DNA from: Zestosphaera sp.
Lineage (GTDB): Archaea > Thermoproteota > Thermoprotei_A > Sulfolobales > NBVN01
Assembly (NCBI GenBank): GCA_038727705.1
Contig: JAVYVJ010000002.1
Location: 50,012 to 114,011, forward strand
DNA length: 64,000 bases
Direction: 5' to 3'
Positions 20,233 to 29,804 of this stretch are shown here, one piece after another. Each line of letters opens with the position of its first letter. Position 1 is the first letter of the stretch. The notes under the pieces are model-generated. The model saw only the letters and a program-made list of their open reading frames with translations, was not told where the DNA came from and did not search any database. Position numbers and translations under genes: made by a program.

Positions 20233-21462
20233 ATGAGTCACGTGGCAATTCATAAGGTGATGAAGAACTTAGACCTCATAAGAGTTACTGACACCGAGGT
20301 GAGGTACTTTGAGGCTATGTGGGAGATACCTGAGGGAGTGTCCTACAATTCCTACGTACTGCACACCGACGAGGGCGAGGTCATCTTCGATACTGTCAAA
20401 TCCGGCTTCTCCAGGGAGTACCTGGAGGCGTTGAAGAGCGTTGTCGACTTCAGAGACATAAGGTACGTTGTAGTCCACCACATGGAACCCGACCACAGCG
20501 GCTCCCTGAAGGATCTGGCCGGAGTGGAGGGCTTTAGAGCTGAGGTGCTAGGACATCCCCTCACCTCAAGACTGATTAAGGCACTCCTCAACATTAACGT
20601 CAGATTCCGTGAGGTCAGAGATGGTGAGGAGGTTAGGCTGGGCGACACTAAGCTCAAGTTCATCCATACGCCGTGGCTCCACTGGCCTGAGACTATGTTC
20701 ACCTATGTCGAGAATTCCAACGCTTTGATGACGTGCGATGCCTTCGGCGCCTACTCAACGGCGCCGTATGTGGTAAGCAGCGTTGAAAACCTTAAAACCG
20801 AGTACGTTCGGTCTATGCGCAAGTACTTCGCAAACATAGTGGGGCATTATAGGGAGAACGTGGTTAAAGCTCTGGACAAGCTTGGGTCCCTCGGGCTAGG
20901 CGTGGATCTAGTGGCCCCGTCGCATGGGGCGGTGCTCTCAGGCGCTGACATCGTCAGGAAGGTCGTGGAGCTATATCGCTCCTGGTCTGAGGGCAGAGCT
21001 GAAGGCGGTAAGGTCGTGTTGCTCTACACCTCAATGTACGGCTACGTCGGGAAGCTGGTCGAGGATTTCCTGAAGTGTTTTGAGGGCGGGGGTGTTAGGG
21101 TTGAAGTGTTTAGGTTCACGTCAACGCAGAGGGACAGCGTGGCAGACTTCCTTGGGGAACTGCTTGACGCTGATGCTTTCGTTGTGGCGACCTCGACGTA
21201 TGATGGCGGCCTCTTCCCCCTAACCAAGCACCTGCTGAATCTGGTCGTGGACAAACTGAACGTGATTAAACCTGTCTACCTGATAACGGCATACGGCTGG
21301 AGTGATGCCGCCGCAAGGGAAATTAAGAAGATCCTCTCAGGCTCTAAGCTAGTGGTGAAGGGAGAGCTGGCGGTGAACAGCACGCCGACGAGTGAGGATC
21401 TAATCAAGCTGAGGGCGATGGTGAAGGAGGTGCTCGCCCAAGCCGGGGTCAGCTCTAAATGA
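20233..21462 (+). CDS. fprA: Flavodiiron protein (FprA family)
   Basis: SYNSY, HHMEPDHSG, PWLHWPETM, CDAFG, APSHG, C-terminal flavodoxin domain with SMYG. Confidence 0.92.
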   Translation: MSHVAIHKVMKNLDLIRVTDTEVRYFEAMWEIPEGVSYNSYVLHTDEGEVIFDTVKSGFSREYLEALKSVVDFRDIRYVVVHHMEPDHSGSLKDLAGVEGFRAEVLGHPLTSRLIKALLNINVRFREVRDGEEVRLGDTKLKFIHTPWLHWPETMFTYVENSNALMTCDAFGAYSTAPYVVSSVENLKTEYVRSMRKYFANIVGHYRENVVKALDKLGSLGLGVDLVAPSHGAVLSGADIVRKVVELYRSWSEGRAEGGKVVLLYTSMYGYVGKLVEDFLKCFEGGGVRVEVFRFTSTQRDSVADFLGELLDADAFVVATSTYDGGLFPLTKHLLNLVVDKLNVIKPVYLITAYGWSDAAAREIKKILSGSKLVVKGELAVNSTPTSEDLIKLRAMVKEVLAQAGVSSK

Positions 21463-22574
21463 GTGACTCCTTACTCAGTAAAGTACACAGCTTTCTGGAG
21501 GATGAGGAACTGGCTAGGATCGTCTACGAGTACTTAGCCAGCCGAGTCAGTGATGCCGACGTGAGAAGGAAGTTAAGTGATTTGGCCTTGATGGAGGCGA
21601 CGCATGCGAGCTTCTGGAAGGACTTCCTGAGCAGGAGGGGACACACACCAGCCGTGAACGTAACGAAGCTCCGGCTGAAGGCGGCCCTGCTCAAACTCAC
21701 ACACATGTTGTTCGGCACAGGCTTCACGATCAAGTTGCTGGAGCATGATGAATTCAACGCGGTGAGGAACTACATGGAATTCATCAACTCAGGACCCCTG
21801 AGTGAGTCGGAGAGACTCGTCTTAAGAATGGTGATAAAGGACGAACTAATCCATGAAAGCAACTTCAAGAAAATCGAGTCCAGGTTCAGGGGTTTGTTAG
21901 AGCACGTTAGGGAGGTGGTTCTAGGGATGAATGACGGTCTGGTGGAGGTCCTCTCAGTATCCGCCGGACTCTCAGGCACTTTCACCTCCTCACTCTACGT
22001 AGCTGTTGGAGGGTTGCTAGTAGCTGTTGGAGGGGCACTCTCAATGGGCATCGGTGCCTACGTCAGCACTAAGTCCAACGTCCAGATCAAGAACGAGGTG
22101 GCGAGGAACGTAAGGGTCAGTGCTGAGGCGGAGCCTGAGCTCAGCGCCGAGGAGCTAAGGGAGTACTTAATCAGGAAGGGCTTCACCAGAGAGTTGAGCG
22201 ATATGATAGTAGCTGAGTCGCTGAGGGACCCCAGACTACTCTCATCACTGCTGATTGAGAGCGAGCTAGGACAGAGCGAGGAGGCTTTGGAGGAGCCAGC
22301 GAGGGCCGGGCTCTACACTGGGGTCTCCTACTTAATAGGTTCCGCAGTACCATTGTTACCTTACATTGCTTCAGTCCCCCCGCCCTTCTCAACAGTCTTA
22401 TCGCTCATCAGCGCCGCCCTCGTGTTGAGCGTGACCGGGTTCATAATATCGGTTTTAGGCGGTCTGCGTATCAGACGCAAGGTAGTCGAGCTAATCACGT
22501 TAGGACTGACAGCGGCTGCAGCAACCTACACTATCGGCAAGATGGCCAACATAGTTCTCGGAATCGAGATCTAA
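21459..22574 (+). CDS. Rubrerythrin/ferritin-like domain fused to a VIT1/CCC1 membrane domain (MbfA-like)
   Basis: N-terminal ExxH pairs (EATH, ELIH), then VVLGMNDGLVEVLS, ALSMGIGAYVS, TGVSYLIG. Confidence 0.85.
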   Translation: MSDSLLSKVHSFLEDEELARIVYEYLASRVSDADVRRKLSDLALMEATHASFWKDFLSRRGHTPAVNVTKLRLKAALLKLTHMLFGTGFTIKLLEHDEFNAVRNYMEFINSGPLSESERLVLRMVIKDELIHESNFKKIESRFRGLLEHVREVVLGMNDGLVEVLSVSAGLSGTFTSSLYVAVGGLLVAVGGALSMGIGAYVSTKSNVQIKNEVARNVRVSAEAEPELSAEELREYLIRKGFTRELSDMIVAESLRDPRLLSSLLIESELGQSEEALEEPARAGLYTGVSYLIGSAVPLLPYIASVPPPFSTVLSLISAALVLSVTGFIISVLGGLRIRRKVVELITLGLTAAAATYTIGKMANIVLGIEI

Positions 22575-22794
22575 AGGGCTTACAGTAGCGATCCCCATCA
22601 CTGTAGCGGGCTGGGCTCAATGGCATGCGGGTTAGGGACTGCGGCCCTGAGAACCTGGAGGAGAAATGAAGGGTTAGGAATACCTGTTTTCAGCAAAACC
22701 GCGTGAATTCGGGTGAAGGCCGTTTACCAGGTATTACCTTATCCGGTTTATTTGGTTACTCTGCGTTTTATGGGCACGGGAAATTACTAAAAAC

Positions 22795-23172
22795 CTAGTC
22801 TGACAACCTTACCTCTTTCCTAGCCTCCCACAGACCGTGCAGGTTACAATACTCTACGGCGTATATGACGCCGCCCTTCCTGACCTTAACTTTGAACCTG
22901 ATGTCCGGTTCGCTGTAGACGGGCTCTAGCTCAACTGCTGCCAGCCTCACAGGATTGAAGGGCCTGCCTTCCTCGTAGAAGTAAAGCTCAACCCGTCTTA
23001 TCGAGTGCTCCACGACGTTGGGGTGGGGACCTACAAACACTCTGACCTCAAAAGGCTCGTTTGCCTTAACGACTTCAGGCGCTTCAATTTTCGGCGTGTG
23101 AGTCTCGACCTTCGTTATGGCCTCGCCCGACGCCCTCTCAGGACTGTATATCAATTCACTGAAGTTTTTCAT
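22795..23172 (-). CDS. Superoxide reductase-like protein (neelaredoxin / class II SORL)
   Basis: ETHTPKIEAP, PHPNVVEHSI, YCNLHGLW metal ligands. Confidence 0.88.
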   Translation of the reverse strand: MKNFSELIYSPERASGEAITKVETHTPKIEAPEVVKANEPFEVRVFVGPHPNVVEHSIRRVELYFYEEGRPFNPVRLAAVELEPVYSEPDIRFKVKVRKGGVIYAVEYCNLHGLWEARKEVRLSD

Positions 23173-23305
23173 GTTAAGACACCATAATAAATTGTACTCA
23201 AAAATTAATAAACACTCTAGATTTAATAGACATATTTAGATCTTAAGTTATGTCATGCAACGTCACAATTATCTAACTATGCCTTGTGAATGCGTTCGAG
23301 CGTTG

Positions 23306-23887
23306 CTAGCTCTTAAACCTCTCCTCACTCCATGCGTTGCCTCTCTCATGATATCCTAGTGCTTCCCAGTATCCGTCCTTATACTCTCGTGTGAAGATGA
23401 TTTCAGTAACCCACTTAGCGCTCTTCCACCCATATAGGTGGGGTATGAAGATTCTAGCTGGAAAGCCCTGCTCCACACTTAGGGGTCTCCCGTTGACCTT
23501 GAGAGCTAGGATAGCTCTCTCGTCGTTGAAATCGCTATAGGGTATTACGGTAGTGTAGTTGTCGAGACTCCTTACGAAGACCCAGGAAACCTCCTTGGAA
23601 GGGTTGACCTCGCTGATCAGCCTCCTCAGCGGGATGCCCTCCCAAGCCACGTTCCTGACCGACCAGCCCGTGACGCAGTGGAAGTCGGAGACGTAGGACA
23701 TGCTGGACATCTCAAGCAACTCCTCGTACGTGTAGGTTGTGGGTGAGCTCACCTCACCACCAACCCTTAGCCTCCACTTCACTACATCCACATCAGGCTG
23801 TCCTAGTATCCTGTAGATTATGAAGTTAGGTATAGCCTTCTGACCCGGAGGGAGACCCTCACCGCCTCGCATAACCTCAGCCCTCAC
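23306..23887 (-). CDS. Sulfite oxidase-like molybdopterin-binding oxidoreductase
   Basis: LPPGQ, DFHCVTGWS, EQGFPARIFIPHLYGWKSAKW, GYWE..GYH. Confidence 0.88.
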   Translation of the reverse strand: MRAEVMRGGEGLPPGQKAIPNFIIYRILGQPDVDVVKWRLRVGGEVSSPTTYTYEELLEMSSMSYVSDFHCVTGWSVRNVAWEGIPLRRLISEVNPSKEVSWVFVRSLDNYTTVIPYSDFNDERAILALKVNGRPLSVEQGFPARIFIPHLYGWKSAKWVTEIIFTREYKDGYWEALGYHERGNAWSEERFKS

Positions 23888-24198
23888 CGACTAATAGTGC
23901 ATAGAGACTTAATTAGTTTGCTCCCCAGGACCACGAACCTGCACGAGCCGACGTACCCTCCACTGCTGAACAACCTGTACGTGTAGAGGACGTAGTCAGA
24001 ACCTATGGCCTCGTTCTCGCTGAACACCGCACTCAAATCCTTTAAGCCTAAGTGGTCGCTGAGCACCTCTTTGACGAGTGCCACGTGTTTGTGTAGATCC
24101 CCCAGAAACACCACCTCCTTAGGTTCGTGAATGCATGTGAAGACCTCCTTAATGCCCTTCGGGTGAAGGGCCTCAGGACTTGAAGCCCGACACTCCAA
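23884..24198 (-). CDS. Hypothetical protein
   Basis: 104-aa ORF overlapping the start of the Mo-oxidoreductase by 4 bp. Confidence 0.55.
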   Translation of the reverse strand: MECRASSPEALHPKGIKEVFTCIHEPKEVVFLGDLHKHVALVKEVLSDHLGLKDLSAVFSENEAIGSDYVLYTYRLFSSGGYVGSCRFVVLGSKLIKSLCTISR

Positions 24199-24243
24199 CC
24201 GAACGACACCCCCTAAAACATGTTTGGATTAGATTTAAGGGTG

Positions 24244-24332
24244 TGGTAGCCGGGCGGGGATTCGAACCCCGGTCACGGGGGTTCCTCCTCAGGTCCAAAG
24301 CCCCGCATCCTTGGCCGCTAGACGACCCGGCT
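24244..24332 (-). tRNA. tRNA-Gln(TTG) with 13-nt intron at 37/38 (intron 24282-24294), CCA encoded
   Basis: Acceptor stem AGCCGGG/CCCGGCT, anticodon arm CGGGG-CTTTGG^C-CCCCG interrupted by ACCTGAGGAGGAA, T arm CGGGG-TTCGAAT-CCCCG. Removing the intron leaves 76 nt. Confidence 0.93.
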
Positions 24333-24357
24333 CCACCTACCTACTTTCACTCAATGC

Positions 24358-24828
24358 TTAAATGTTTTCCGCCCGCTTGGACGTGATCAGATACAGCACT
24401 ACAGCCAGCGCTGCCTGAGGGGGTAGAGACTCATCGAACCCGGCCACAGTCACGTGCTCTCCCAGAGCAAGCTCGGCTTTAGTCGGCGGCGAATCACTGC
24501 CGTTGACCAGTACTGCGACCCTGCCCTCCAACCTGCTCACCACTTCCCCTACATCCTTGGAGACCTCGGTCTTGGCGAGAACTAAGACCCTGTCAGGCCT
24601 CAGCATGTCGAGGGCATCCTGCAACGACGGCAGGACGAGGAAAGGCCTCCCCCTCCTGAAGGCGTACTTACTCACCTCAGGCACCCCTGACTGAGCAGCC
24701 ATCCCAGAGACCCTAGTCACGACTAAGCCGGCCTTCAGCCCGCTCAAACCGTACACCAACTTAGCCACATCCGTCAGTCTCTGAGGCGAGGAGACGTTGT
24801 TCAGCACCACCACCAGCTCCAGACCCAC
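24358..24828 (-). CDS. DUF2122-like protein (annotated 'RecB-family nuclease', SPOUT-like fold)
   Basis: LNNVSSPQRLTD, AAQSGVPEVSK, recalled as the conserved crenarchaeal DUF2122 pattern. Confidence 0.65.
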   Translation of the reverse strand: MGLELVVVLNNVSSPQRLTDVAKLVYGLSGLKAGLVVTRVSGMAAQSGVPEVSKYAFRRGRPFLVLPSLQDALDMLRPDRVLVLAKTEVSKDVGEVVSRLEGRVAVLVNGSDSPPTKAELALGEHVTVAGFDESLPPQAALAVVLYLITSKRAENI

Positions 24829-25799
24829 TACAGCTCACCAATATGTTTAAGGATCTCTAAAGCTATAACCCTGGCCAGCGGCGGGGGCACGGCTTCACCA
24901 ACCTGATTGTACTGCTGCTCCCTACCCCCCATGAACACATGGTCGTCGGCAAAGCCCATCAGCCTGGCCTGCTCCCTCACCGTCAGCAACCTGTTCTCGT
25001 AGGGATGTATGAATCTAGAGGCCCCCAACACCGTAGGAGCCACTCTATGCGGATGCAGTCTTATGAGGTTAGGTAACGCACGCCCTCCAGCACCCTCATA
25101 CATAACCATAGAGCCGCCCCACTTAAGCCTGGATGACCTCTTCAACTTAGACTTACTGAGGTTCGGGGGAGGCTCATGATTGGGTATTACCGGGTCGTGC
25201 GAGGGTTCGGGAAGGTCTGAGAGGGTCTCCCACACGGTCCTCGTCCTACCTGCCCTAGGCGGCTCCAGCCTCAGGTTTGATATGAAGACCCTGAGCCTAC
25301 GTGAGGGGGTTTCATAGTCTTCAGCTCTGAGTAAGTTAAAGTGTACGCTGTAACCCGCCCTACCGAACTCATCCCTCAACGCACCCCTCAAATCACCTTC
25401 AAGTATGGCCGGGACGTTCTCCATGACGAAATAGTCGGGGTCCAAGCACTCGAGGACCCTGATGAACTCCAGAACCAGCCGCCCCTCCTCATCCCTGTAA
25501 AGCCTGTCCAGCGGGTCTTCCATTCTCTCTGGATTAGATCCTGTGAAAGGCTCGCACGGCGGCGACCCTATAACAACCTCCACCCTACGGCGTCCAATTA
25601 AGGCGCGTATGCTACCGCATTCGAGACTGCGTATGTCCTCAACAACTGTCAGTGCTCTTGGGAAGTTCGCGACGTAAGTCCTGGCGGCTGCGTCGTCGAC
25701 CTCTACCGCTAGAACGGATTCGAAGCCGACCTCGTGGAAGCCTCTGGTGAAGCCCCCTCCACCGGCGAAGAGGTCAGCCAGTAATCTCCTTCTCCTCAT
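24828..25799 (-). CDS. DNA (cytosine-5)-methyltransferase, solitary
   Basis: DLFAGGGG (motif I), GSPPCEPF (motif IV, catalytic Cys), MENV (VI), RLRVF (VIII), QVGEAVPP (X). Confidence 0.9.
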   Translation of the reverse strand: MRRRRLLADLFAGGGGFTRGFHEVGFESVLAVEVDDAAARTYVANFPRALTVVEDIRSLECGSIRALIGRRRVEVVIGSPPCEPFTGSNPERMEDPLDRLYRDEEGRLVLEFIRVLECLDPDYFVMENVPAILEGDLRGALRDEFGRAGYSVHFNLLRAEDYETPSRRLRVFISNLRLEPPRAGRTRTVWETLSDLPEPSHDPVIPNHEPPPNLSKSKLKRSSRLKWGGSMVMYEGAGGRALPNLIRLHPHRVAPTVLGASRFIHPYENRLLTVREQARLMGFADDHVFMGGREQQYNQVGEAVPPPLARVIALEILKHIGEL

Positions 25800-26307
25800 T
25801 AAGTATTTCCTCTTCCAGCCTCGATATGGTGTTCTCCAGGTAGTCCTTCACTACAGCGTTATCCTCGGCTCTTAACTCGGAACCGCACTTAGGGCATTTG
25901 AAGTCATTCTCATATGCCTCGTCGAACGTGAGCCTCACTCCGTCGTTATCGCATGTGAAGAAGGTGTGGCTCCTCTCATAGTCAAGCCTCGTCCTCAGCT
26001 TGCCTAGGACTTCCCTCTTCCTCTGGAGGAGGACTTGATTGAGTCTGCCCGCATCTATGAACCAATGGTATATGAACCTCCCGTCCTCAGGGCTCTGCCT
26101 CCTCTTGTAGGCGACTATGCCGAGGGAGTGGAGTTCGTAGAGAATCCTTCTGACCTCCTGATCACCGAGCCCTGTCTCAGTTATTATGTCCGCGTCGGTC
26201 AACTCCTTACTACGCTTCACTAAAACCTCGAAGACCACCTTCCCGCTCTCGCCGACGTACTCCTCAATAAACCTGGCAAGCTTCTCCATCTTTCCAACCT
26301 TACTCAA
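25774..26307 (-). CDS. tfe: Transcription factor E (TFE alpha)
   Basis: Winged-helix with [13 protein letters not shown], followed by a Zn-ribbon region ending FKCPKCG. Confidence 0.9.
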   Translation of the reverse strand: MSKVGKMEKLARFIEEYVGESGKVVFEVLVKRSKELTDADIITETGLGDQEVRRILYELHSLGIVAYKRRQSPEDGRFIYHWFIDAGRLNQVLLQRKREVLGKLRTRLDYERSHTFFTCDNDGVRLTFDEAYENDFKCPKCGSELRAEDNAVVKDYLENTISRLEEEILNEEKEITG

Positions 26308-26857
26308 CCTTGACCACCTTCTTACCTCGGTCCGTCGGCTCTATATAATACTTAGCATCGGAGAAAATAAGGTGAAGCTCCCTCCCATCGAAGAGCCTGT
26401 CAAGGAAGATGGCTAAAGCGGCCACCTCGGAGTGCGGCTGGTGCCCGACAGCCACGTTGAAGTCCGCCAGCTCGTAGAATACCCTCGGGACCTTTGAGGC
26501 GCCGACCACCACTAGGATATCCTTACCTGAGGACCTGATCGAGTCTATCACATCGTTTATGTGGAGACCGTACATGGTCAGGTGGGCAACCACACCTCCG
26601 GAATCCCTCCACTTAGTCGCATACTCAACGCTGGGAACCCCTAACACGTAGGTGAAGGAACCGCACCCCCACCTCTCACAGACCTTCCTAACACTCTCGC
26701 CAACCTGCAGATCCTCAACATCGCCTAGTATGAAACAGGAGGCGCCGAAAGCTCTGGCGGTCAGCGCCACGTGCGTGGTGACCCTTTTATCTCTCTCGGG
26801 CCTGTGCCCCACCCTCAGGACGCAGACCCTGCGTCCCTTCAAGACCGCACCCATCAA
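26300..26857 (-). CDS. trm56: tRNA (cytidine56-2'-O)-methyltransferase
   Basis: [53 protein letters not shown]. Confidence 0.94.
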   Translation of the reverse strand: MMGAVLKGRRVCVLRVGHRPERDKRVTTHVALTARAFGASCFILGDVEDLQVGESVRKVCERWGCGSFTYVLGVPSVEYATKWRDSGGVVAHLTMYGLHINDVIDSIRSSGKDILVVVGASKVPRVFYELADFNVAVGHQPHSEVAALAIFLDRLFDGRELHLIFSDAKYYIEPTDRGKKVVKVE

Positions 26858-26878
26858 ACGGGGAACACCTATAGCATG

Positions 26879-27997
26879 TCAGTGCAACCTAATGTAAGTC
26901 CTCCCAACAGTTCTGTGTGTGAGTAGTTCATGCACGGTCTGCCTCAACTCCTCCAACCCCTCCCCCCTGAGGGCCGAGACCCGGACGACACGCCACTCCC
27001 ACAGGTACCTGGCCGCCAGGTAGTCCCTGACCATCTCCTCTACAGCCCTAACGTCACCGCATAAGTCCGTTTTATTTAGAGCGACTATGAGGGGCTTTCC
27101 GAAGTAGCCAACCCGCGTCAGTATGTCCAGGGACGCTTCCATCTTCCCTCTAATCACGTCTAGAGCCTCGGACGAATCGATCATGAGTATCGTGAAGTCT
27201 GAGTGGGATATCTCCTCTAGCGTCGCGTAGAAGGCCTCGATGACCTCGTGCGGTAAGTCCCTCACAAAGCCTACCGTATCGACAAACATAACCCTCAACC
27301 CGTTCACGTTAGCCGCCCCAACCTTAGGGGACACAGTAGTGAACATCTCAGGTCCTACGGGCTTCCTTAACCCGGTCAAAGCGTTGAAGAGGGTGGTCTT
27401 CCCAGCGTTGGCGTAGCCGGAGATCGCCACTTGCGGGAACCCCTTGGAGGTCCTCAAGCCCCTCTCCCTACCCCTCCTGACCCTCAGCTCGTTCAACTCC
27501 CTCTTGATCTTAGTGAGCCTCCTCCTCATGTGGTTGTAGTAGGTCTCGGTAGCGTACTCACCAGGTCCCATGAAGCCGGGAAGCTCCCCCAGCTTAGCCT
27601 TCCTTATCCATTCCTTGACTATAGGTAGCTGATGCGATATCTCAGCCATCTCTATCTGGAGCTTAGCCTCCCTAGAGCCGGCGTGCTCCGCGAATATTTC
27701 AAGCACTGTCAGTATCTTGTCCTTGACTTCGAGCCTCAGCTCCCTCGTCAGGTTCACCACCTGCCTAGGGTGGAGGACCTCATATATGTAGACCGCATCA
27801 GCGCTGCCCGAGTCGGAGTTAAGGAACTCCTTAACCTCATTCAGTAGCCGTGGGTTGAGGAAGTAGTTCCTGTCGGGTCTGTAGTTATTGCGTAGCTCGA
27901 ACTTCCTCAGGACGTTGAGATGTAGGGTCTCAGCAAGTGAGATGGCCTCACTCATGTCGGCCTCTCTGGAGATCAGTAAAGCCCTCCGAACCATCAA
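26879..27997 (-). CDS. hflX: GTPase HflX
   Basis: ILTVLEIFAEHA..REAKLQIE, GFMGPGEY, GYANAGKTTLFN, DTVGF, NKTD. Confidence 0.94.
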   Translation of the reverse strand: MMVRRALLISREADMSEAISLAETLHLNVLRKFELRNNYRPDRNYFLNPRLLNEVKEFLNSDSGSADAVYIYEVLHPRQVVNLTRELRLEVKDKILTVLEIFAEHAGSREAKLQIEMAEISHQLPIVKEWIRKAKLGELPGFMGPGEYATETYYNHMRRRLTKIKRELNELRVRRGRERGLRTSKGFPQVAISGYANAGKTTLFNALTGLRKPVGPEMFTTVSPKVGAANVNGLRVMFVDTVGFVRDLPHEVIEAFYATLEEISHSDFTILMIDSSEALDVIRGKMEASLDILTRVGYFGKPLIVALNKTDLCGDVRAVEEMVRDYLAARYLWEWRVVRVSALRGEGLEELRQTVHELLTHRTVGRTYIRLH

Positions 27998-28555
27998 TCA
28001 CTCCTTCTCTCCCTTCTTTCTTAAAATCATCACGTCGCCGATGGTGAGGCTCCTCTCAACATTTTTGACGCTCTTCACCCCCTCCACCCCCTTGTCGGCA
28101 ACAGGCTCAAGCAGCTGTGTTTTGAGCGTTTTCTCCAGCTTACGTGCCAGCTCCAGCGAGGGTACCAGGCGTCCGGACTCTATTCTCTTGATGACGTTCT
28201 CACTCTCCTTGACCGCCTCGGCTAGAACCTTCTGAGTCCAGCCGAGCATCTCCCTAGCCCTCCTAACCCTCTCATGGTAGTCGGGGACGACTTCATATTC
28301 CTCTATCAGCTTACCCCCCGTAACGCCCGCCCTCCTCGAGGAGGGGGGTTGCGCTACGGACTTCGCTCTGCTGGGCTCTGTTCTCCGGGCCTCCTGAGTG
28401 ACCTCCCTAACCTCGTTAGCGACGGCTCTCCTGCCTACTTTAGCGTGGCACGAGGAACATAAAACAAGCCTCACACCCTCAACGTACACTACGTTAGCCT
28501 CCCTCTTCCTCATCGGCTTACCACACATCTCACAGTACGTTATATCGCTACTCAT
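27998..28555 (-). CDS. mbf1: Archaeal multiprotein bridging factor aMBF1
   Basis: CEMCG...CSSC Zn ribbon plus C-terminal HTH (GWTQKVLA...KRIESGRLVP). Start placed at the ATG at 28555. Confidence 0.9.
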   Translation of the reverse strand: MSSDITYCEMCGKPMRKREANVVYVEGVRLVLCSSCHAKVGRRAVANEVREVTQEARRTEPSRAKSVAQPPSSRRAGVTGGKLIEEYEVVPDYHERVRRAREMLGWTQKVLAEAVKESENVIKRIESGRLVPSLELARKLEKTLKTQLLEPVADKGVEGVKSVKNVERSLTIGDVMILRKKGEKE

Positions 28556-28705
28556 TAGCCAGCCCTTACAATACTCGCTAAACACACTATTAAGCATCCA
28601 CCATATCTAATGGCTTTTGATGCGATAAATACAGACCTGCTGGGGTAGGTTTTGAAGGTCTCGCAAAAGTGCTTGCAGGGTTTATATGCGGAGGTAGCTT
28701 AGCGA

Positions 28706-29551
28706 CTAACGTTCAGCGTTCTTGCATAGACCTGCACAGTACATGTTGGATCTCCTTAACTGCAGTAACGGGAGTCGATGCCTGACTTCATTCACTAGAT
28801 CCATGTCTATGTCGATCTCAACGTACTTCTCCCCCACCCCTAGGTCAAGCACCTGAGTCCCCCAGGGATCTATCAGTCCCGACCTCCCGGTGTAGTCCTC
28901 CCCGTACTGTACTGACACCGCCACGTAGACCGTGTTCTCATGAGCCCTCGCCCTAGCCAGGAAGGACAGGGTCTCCTCCTTCAAAGGCCCCTTGAACCAT
29001 GCTGAGGAGATCGTTATGAGGTCAGCCCCGCCAGTCGAGTAGATTCGAAAGAGTTCTGGGAACCTTATATCGAAGCATATAGCCATGGCGACCTTAGCCT
29101 TGCCGATGTCCACGACTGGTGAGGGTCTGTCGCCGTGCATTATGTAGTCCGACTCACGGTATCCGTATGCGTCGAAGAGGTGCGTCTTCCTGTACGTGGC
29201 AACTACCTCACCCCTCGGATCTATCATTACTGCGGTGTTGTAGACCTTAGGTGGTTCAGGACTCTTCTCGAAGGTCGTGGTTACGAAGTAGGTTGAGTGT
29301 TCGCGGGCCAGCCCCCTGAAGAACGCGATGAAATCGCCTTCAAGGCCGTCAGCCATCCCGTACGCCTCCTCCGGCCTCAACCTGACTATGTTGAACGCGG
29401 CGTATTCAGGCAGAACGACTATATCAGCGGAAACCCTCCTGAGTAGCCTGCCCACCTTCTCCACGTTACCCTCTTTGTTCGCCGTAGCGCCGAACTGAAG
29501 TATCCCGACCCTCAACTCACGTGTCAAATCACAACCACCACTACAAGTCAT
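28706..29551 (-). CDS. Carbon-nitrogen hydrolase (nitrilase superfamily)
   Basis: Catalytic triad motifs VLPEY, YRKTHLFD, ICFDIRFPE. Confidence 0.9.
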   Translation of the reverse strand: MTCSGGCDLTRELRVGILQFGATANKEGNVEKVGRLLRRVSADIVVLPEYAAFNIVRLRPEEAYGMADGLEGDFIAFFRGLAREHSTYFVTTTFEKSPEPPKVYNTAVMIDPRGEVVATYRKTHLFDAYGYRESDYIMHGDRPSPVVDIGKAKVAMAICFDIRFPELFRIYSTGGADLITISSAWFKGPLKEETLSFLARARAHENTVYVAVSVQYGEDYTGRSGLIDPWGTQVLDLGVGEKYVEIDIDMDLVNEVRHRLPLLQLRRSNMYCAGLCKNAER

Positions 29552-29702
29552 GGGGGCCGTTTAAATATTCGACCTAGAACGTGCAGGCGTCAAGCCTCAC
29601 CACACAGTCCGGATTGAATTGATGACGCATGTCATGCCCCAAGTTGAAGATTGAAATTCGATTAATGACGGTTTGTTGCAGTAAATTATGTGTATTCCAT
29701 AC

Positions 29703-29800
29703 CTGTGTTGAATAGTCTTAACTATTCCATGAATTTTGAGTTAAAAACTGTTTCAAGAATAAGGCTTTTATATTTCAGCCTGAAATCTCTGTGTTGAATA
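29703..29800. promoter_or_regulatory. Candidate operator/promoter of the TRAP operon
   Basis: 12-bp direct repeat CTGTGTTGAATA at 29703-29714 and 29789-29800 flanking a TATA-like TTTTATAT (~29766-29773); inverted repeat GAATAGT-ctta-ACTATTC at 29710-29727. Confidence 0.5.
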
Positions 29801-29804
29801 ATCA

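Noticed and set aside
24180-24386. ORF reading antisense through tRNA-Gln (...AGRGFEPRSR...) as another int(N)
   Set aside because: The upstream part lacks the SSV1-type YxYK/YxGP or HTH pattern and overlaps a plausible host gene; most likely a chance antisense ORF.
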